Below the pieces are notes generated by a model, which was not told the origin of the DNA, ran no database searches, and saw only the letters and a program-made list of their open reading frames with translations. A program made the position numbers and the translations under genes. This document shows, piece after piece, positions 60,513 to 64,000 of a stretch of 64,000 bases of DNA; position 1 is the stretch's first letter; each line of letters opens with the position of its first letter. The DNA comes from Candidatus Heimdallarchaeota archaeon (GTDB lineage: Archaea > Asgardarchaeota > Heimdallarchaeia > JABLTI01). Where the stretch lies: positions 224,001 to 288,000 of the forward strand of contig JABCTZ010000032.1 in the NCBI GenBank assembly GCA_018238155.1. Direction: 5' to 3'.

Positions 60513-61129
60513 TGAGAACCAGTCTCTATTTGAGCTATTTTTTCATTTATTTTATTAAAAGTATCCAATCCAGCTTCAAATAATTTGGTAAAACCCGGAA
60601 TAGTTCTATCTCTGAAAAGAAGGAGCTGTTCCATCAATTGAAATTGTAACATAGCTTGCTCTGTAAATAACTTTGTATGAATTACAATGTAATCTTCAAC
60701 AATATGTTCTATTTCAACTAATGCGATTCCTAATAGTTGCATTATTCCTTTAAATTCTCCAAGAGATTTAGCTTTTTCTAGTTTCTTTATATTATAATAT
60801 ATTAATTGGAGTTTTTGGTCATAGTTTGATCGCAATCGAAGTAAAACAACTAAATTTTTAAAAAAACCCTCTAACATTCCAATTAGTTCAACATCAGTTT
60901 CAAGTTTGTTTGTGAATACTCCATTATTTTTCGTCCTTTTTCCATCAGAATATACTAAAGATGGAAGAACTTCTGCTGTATCTCTTAATATCTCTGTTAG
61001 AACACAAAGTGATTCTTTCAGTTCAACGAGTAGCAACATATCCTTCTTACTTTTTGTCACCTTTTTAGCTTTTTTAGTAAGAGTTTGCTTTTTGGATTTA
61101 CTACTCTTTTTCTTTGTTGACACAGACAA
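60509..61129 (-). CDS. Hypothetical helical protein with a Lys-rich N-terminus
   Basis: ORF translationally coupled to the ATP-grasp gene. Confidence 0.55.
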   Translation of the reverse strand: MSVSTKKKSSKSKKQTLTKKAKKVTKSKKDMLLLVELKESLCVLTEILRDTAEVLPSLVYSDGKRTKNNGVFTNKLETDVELIGMLEGFFKNLVVLLRLRSNYDQKLQLIYYNIKKLEKAKSLGEFKGIMQLLGIALVEIEHIVEDYIVIHTKLFTEQAMLQFQLMEQLLLFRDRTIPGFTKLFEAGLDTFNKINEKIAQIETGSQ

Positions 61130-61291
61130 ACAACCTTCCGATTTAATGAACGTACTATTTCAATAAAGTATTTAGATGATTTGTAACGTTCTATAAGCTA
61201 TACAATCAATTAAATCCTTAGGAATAGCTAAAACCTAAAAAGGTTTCACTTCCTAAGTAAGTACAAAAATAAAAATTAGGTGCAAATAATA

Positions 61292-62143
61292 ATGATACGC
61301 CAACCCGCTGTTGCAGGATCATTTTACCCAAAAACAGAATCTCGATTAATTGAGATGATTGAACAGTGTTTCAAAGATAGTAAAATCGGTCCAGGTGAAT
61401 TGCCAAATAAGACCAATGTTCCATCAAGGAAAGGTGAAATAGCTGGATTCATTGCTCCCCATGCTGGTTACATTTATTCGGGTCCCGTTGCCGCTCATGC
61501 ATATTTAAAACAGTATAAAGATGGGAAACCAGAATTCTTTGTTATAATAGGTCCTAATCACAGAAATATTGGCCCTCCTATAAGTGTTTATTCTGATGAT
61601 GCTTGGAACACTCCATTAGGCAATGCGAAAATCCCTAAAGAAATTGTTGAGAAAATTGTAAAGCAACCATACTTCCGAGCAGATACTGCAGCACATATGC
61701 TGGAACACAGCATTGAAGTTCATGTACCCTTTTTACAGTATCTCTATGGTGGAGATGTACCAATTATTCCAATATGTGTTAAAGATCAAAGTAAAGAGAT
61801 GAGTGAAAGAATTGGATTGGTTTTAGCAAAAGTATTAGCTGATTACGATTATTGTCTGATTGCTAGTACAGATTTAACTCATTTTGAAAGTGCGGACTCC
61901 GCAATATCTAAGGACCAATTTGCAATTCAAAAGATAAAACGAATGAATGCAAGTGGCTTAATTGATACTGTTGAAGAATATCAGATTACTATGTGTGGAC
62001 CAGGACCAGTAGCTGCAGTATTGACTGCGCTAAAAAAGAGTGGTTCTAAAGAGGTCGAAATTCTAAAATATTCCACAAGTGGTGACATTACAGGTGATAA
62101 AAGTTCAGTAGTTGCTTATCTTTCAGCAATAATTAAAAAATAA
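61292..62143 (+). CDS. MEMO1 family protein (AmmeMemoRadiSam B)
   Basis: RQPAVAGSFYP, PHAGYIYSG, GPNH, EHSIEV..PFLQ, STDLTH, TMCG.GP. Confidence 0.94.
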   Translation: MIRQPAVAGSFYPKTESRLIEMIEQCFKDSKIGPGELPNKTNVPSRKGEIAGFIAPHAGYIYSGPVAAHAYLKQYKDGKPEFFVIIGPNHRNIGPPISVYSDDAWNTPLGNAKIPKEIVEKIVKQPYFRADTAAHMLEHSIEVHVPFLQYLYGGDVPIIPICVKDQSKEMSERIGLVLAKVLADYDYCLIASTDLTHFESADSAISKDQFAIQKIKRMNASGLIDTVEEYQITMCGPGPVAAVLTALKKSGSKEVEILKYSTSGDITGDKSSVVAYLSAIIKK

Positions 62144-62174
62144 TTAACTTTAGAATTCTTGTAGTACAAGAACT

Positions 62175-62543
62175 CTAACTTTCAACTTTTTCTTCGGTTA
62201 AATTCTCAAAAAATGAATCTCGTTCTTCATTAGACATGGTTCGGTCTAAATATAACCACACTTTTGATTTCCATCCACAATCTTGACAGACACATACTGG
62301 ATAGCTATTAAAAATACCCATTTCCTTTATAAAGTCAATTTCCTTAATACGCAAACTAAAGCACTTAGGACAAATTCTGATATCTGGTCCACCCTTTTGT
62401 TTTAATTTATCTAATTCTTCTGCTAAAGCGCCGATTTTTACAATATTCTCACTTTTTGCTTCTTCTTCTTCTGTTTTTATTTCTTCTTCCTCAACAACTA
62501 TTGTTGGTTGATCATTGTATTCTTCTTTTTCTTCTTCAGACAT
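62175..62543 (-). CDS. Small acidic Zn-ribbon protein
   Basis: CPKC...CQDC. Confidence 0.6.
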   Translation of the reverse strand: MSEEEKEEYNDQPTIVVEEEEIKTEEEEAKSENIVKIGALAEELDKLKQKGGPDIRICPKCFSLRIKEIDFIKEMGIFNSYPVCVCQDCGWKSKVWLYLDRTMSNEERDSFFENLTEEKVES

Positions 62544-62854
62544 TTTTATTGTACTCCAAAATTGTTTAGAAATAGGGTATAGATTTTTTTATCTTCTCAT
62601 AATTAAAAAAAATTGCTATTCTGGTGATATTCAGCAAGAGGTGAATTTCTTTTTTGTCATTTTCAGCCAAAAAGAATCGGCTTTACTTAAACTCTTATTA
62701 AATATATATACTGATTAATGTTTTAATTAATTCTCTGTAAATACAAAATCCTTTTATCATTATTCAAAGTGCTGTTAAACTTGTTACACTATTATGAATG
62801 CGCGTATGATAGTGTTTCCTATTCGGATGACTTTAAAGGAGGTCTCTTACAAGT

Positions 62855-63226
62855 TTGGATAGAAATGGCTTATCAGATATCGAGGTAAAACAGAGGATAG
62901 AAAATTATTTGGATAAACGAGGAGTAAAATACCGGAGAAATGTTCCATTTGGCAATCGTAAAAAACTAAATTATGTCTTTACTAATGATCATGGTGAAAC
63001 AGTAGGTGTATATTTATTGCTATGGTGGCGACCAGTAACTTATAGGACAATATTTGATTTAATAGATTGGTCCAATGAGGAAGAAATTCATCGATTAATC
63101 TTAGTTTGCAGAATAATGGGGGAAAGGGCTCGAGAAGTTATGCATAAAGAGCCCAGTAATGTAAGTTATATTTTAGAGTCTCGTTTTAGACGAGATGATT
63201 ATAATCCGCTGCTTGCAGCTTTTTAG
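62855..63226 (+). CDS. Hypothetical protein, possibly a degenerate PD-(D/E)XK/Mrr-like fold
   Basis: GGAGG ribosome-binding site; alpha/beta pattern resembling restriction-endonuclease-like domains but without catalytic residues. Confidence 0.4.
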   Translation: MDRNGLSDIEVKQRIENYLDKRGVKYRRNVPFGNRKKLNYVFTNDHGETVGVYLLLWWRPVTYRTIFDLIDWSNEEEIHRLILVCRIMGERAREVMHKEPSNVSYILESRFRRDDYNPLLAAF

Positions 63227-63306
63227 CTAGTGAGGGTAAATCCTCTCTGCTATCACTTTTTTTCTTCTCTGATAGATTACTCGAGTTTAGATTGATTTTT
63301 GTCAGA

Positions 63307-63786
63307 TTAGTCAAATAGTCTTCGAATAAGTTTTACTTTTTGGTTTTCATCGTTATAAGTTACAAGACCATTATTTCTCAGATCAAATATGGTTCTTAAA
63401 GTTGCTGCAGGTTGAATTCCACTTGCTTTTGAAAGTTCATCTTTTGTCATGAGCTTCTTTTTGCCATGTAAGAGTGTGAGCATTCTGATATGTGCGTTTC
63501 CATCTAGAACCTGTTCAGTCAGTATGACATAGAGTTTCATTACTTCTTGTAAGTCTATTTCTACATCTGCTCTTCCCTTCAAGTCCTCATAAACACTTGA
63601 GAGATTCATCATTTCTTCTTCCATTTCCTTCAATTTCTGTGCAGAAGATTCCTTTTCTTTATCAAACTCTTCTGCTGTTTTTTTCAGATCAATCCTTTCT
63701 TGATCCTGTTTAGCAATTTTTGCTTCCAATTCTTGGACATAGTTTTCTATGCTATTAAATGCATTTTGTATTGTATTGTTTGTCAA
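63307..63786 (-). CDS. Coiled-coil plus winged-helix protein
   Basis: Heptad-rich N-terminus; C-terminal MTKDELSKASGIQPAATLRTIFDLRNNGLVTY HTH and wing. Confidence 0.65.
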   Translation of the reverse strand: MTNNTIQNAFNSIENYVQELEAKIAKQDQERIDLKKTAEEFDKEKESSAQKLKEMEEEMMNLSSVYEDLKGRADVEIDLQEVMKLYVILTEQVLDGNAHIRMLTLLHGKKKLMTKDELSKASGIQPAATLRTIFDLRNNGLVTYNDENQKVKLIRRLFD

Positions 63787-64000
63787 AATATATTCACCTT
63801 AAGATACAAAGATATTTTTACTTAAATATTCTCCGTATTTTAATGTAACAATACTAAAGAAACAATCATTGTTTTTATCTTGAAAACAAATAAAGTACCA
63901 TTTAATAGGTTTTAAAAGCAAATCAATCCGAAAAACTTTAAAGCAGATTTTAATGCAAGCGTAATTATAACCGTAGAGGGTAATATATTGTCTAACAAAG

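Noticed and set aside
1197-62718. Numerous 60-130 aa antisense or alternate-frame ORFs inside well-supported genes
   Set aside because: No motifs, and largely contained within or overlapping conserved CDSs

Overview
AT-rich archaeal chromosome segment, most likely Asgard (Heimdallarchaeia-like). The assignment is an inference from archaeal information genes (rpoD/Rpo3, eL18, eL13, a BHB-intron tRNA) occurring with eukaryotic-signature proteins: Vps29-like, roadblock, ribophorin I, longin-like and an ERG2/sigma-1 receptor homolog. Most of the window is housekeeping or metabolic: argS, ftsZ, mtaB, a split LKR/SDH saccharopine pathway, copZ-copA, NOG1-rtcA, rpoD-rpl18e-rpl13-rps9, tldD-pmbA and MEMO1. 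The main accessory feature is an ~8.6 kb island starting at the 3' end of an intron-containing tRNA-Tyr (17699-26291) and closed by a degenerate copy of that tRNA's 3' half. The island carries four gene types twice each: Zn-finger, LAGLIDADG-like, SBBP beta-propeller and secreted caspase-fold peptidase. It also has a HEPN RNase gene interrupted by one in-frame TGA, a cluster of hairpins, and a run of fused gene fragments. Both peptidase copies appear to start at ATT. Other highlights are an ERG2/sigma-1 homolog lacking the N-terminal membrane anchor, two tandem DOMON/EB_dh-like surface proteins sharing a candidate C-terminal sorting signal, and an extended eL13. All family assignments come from motif recognition by eye, with no database searches.
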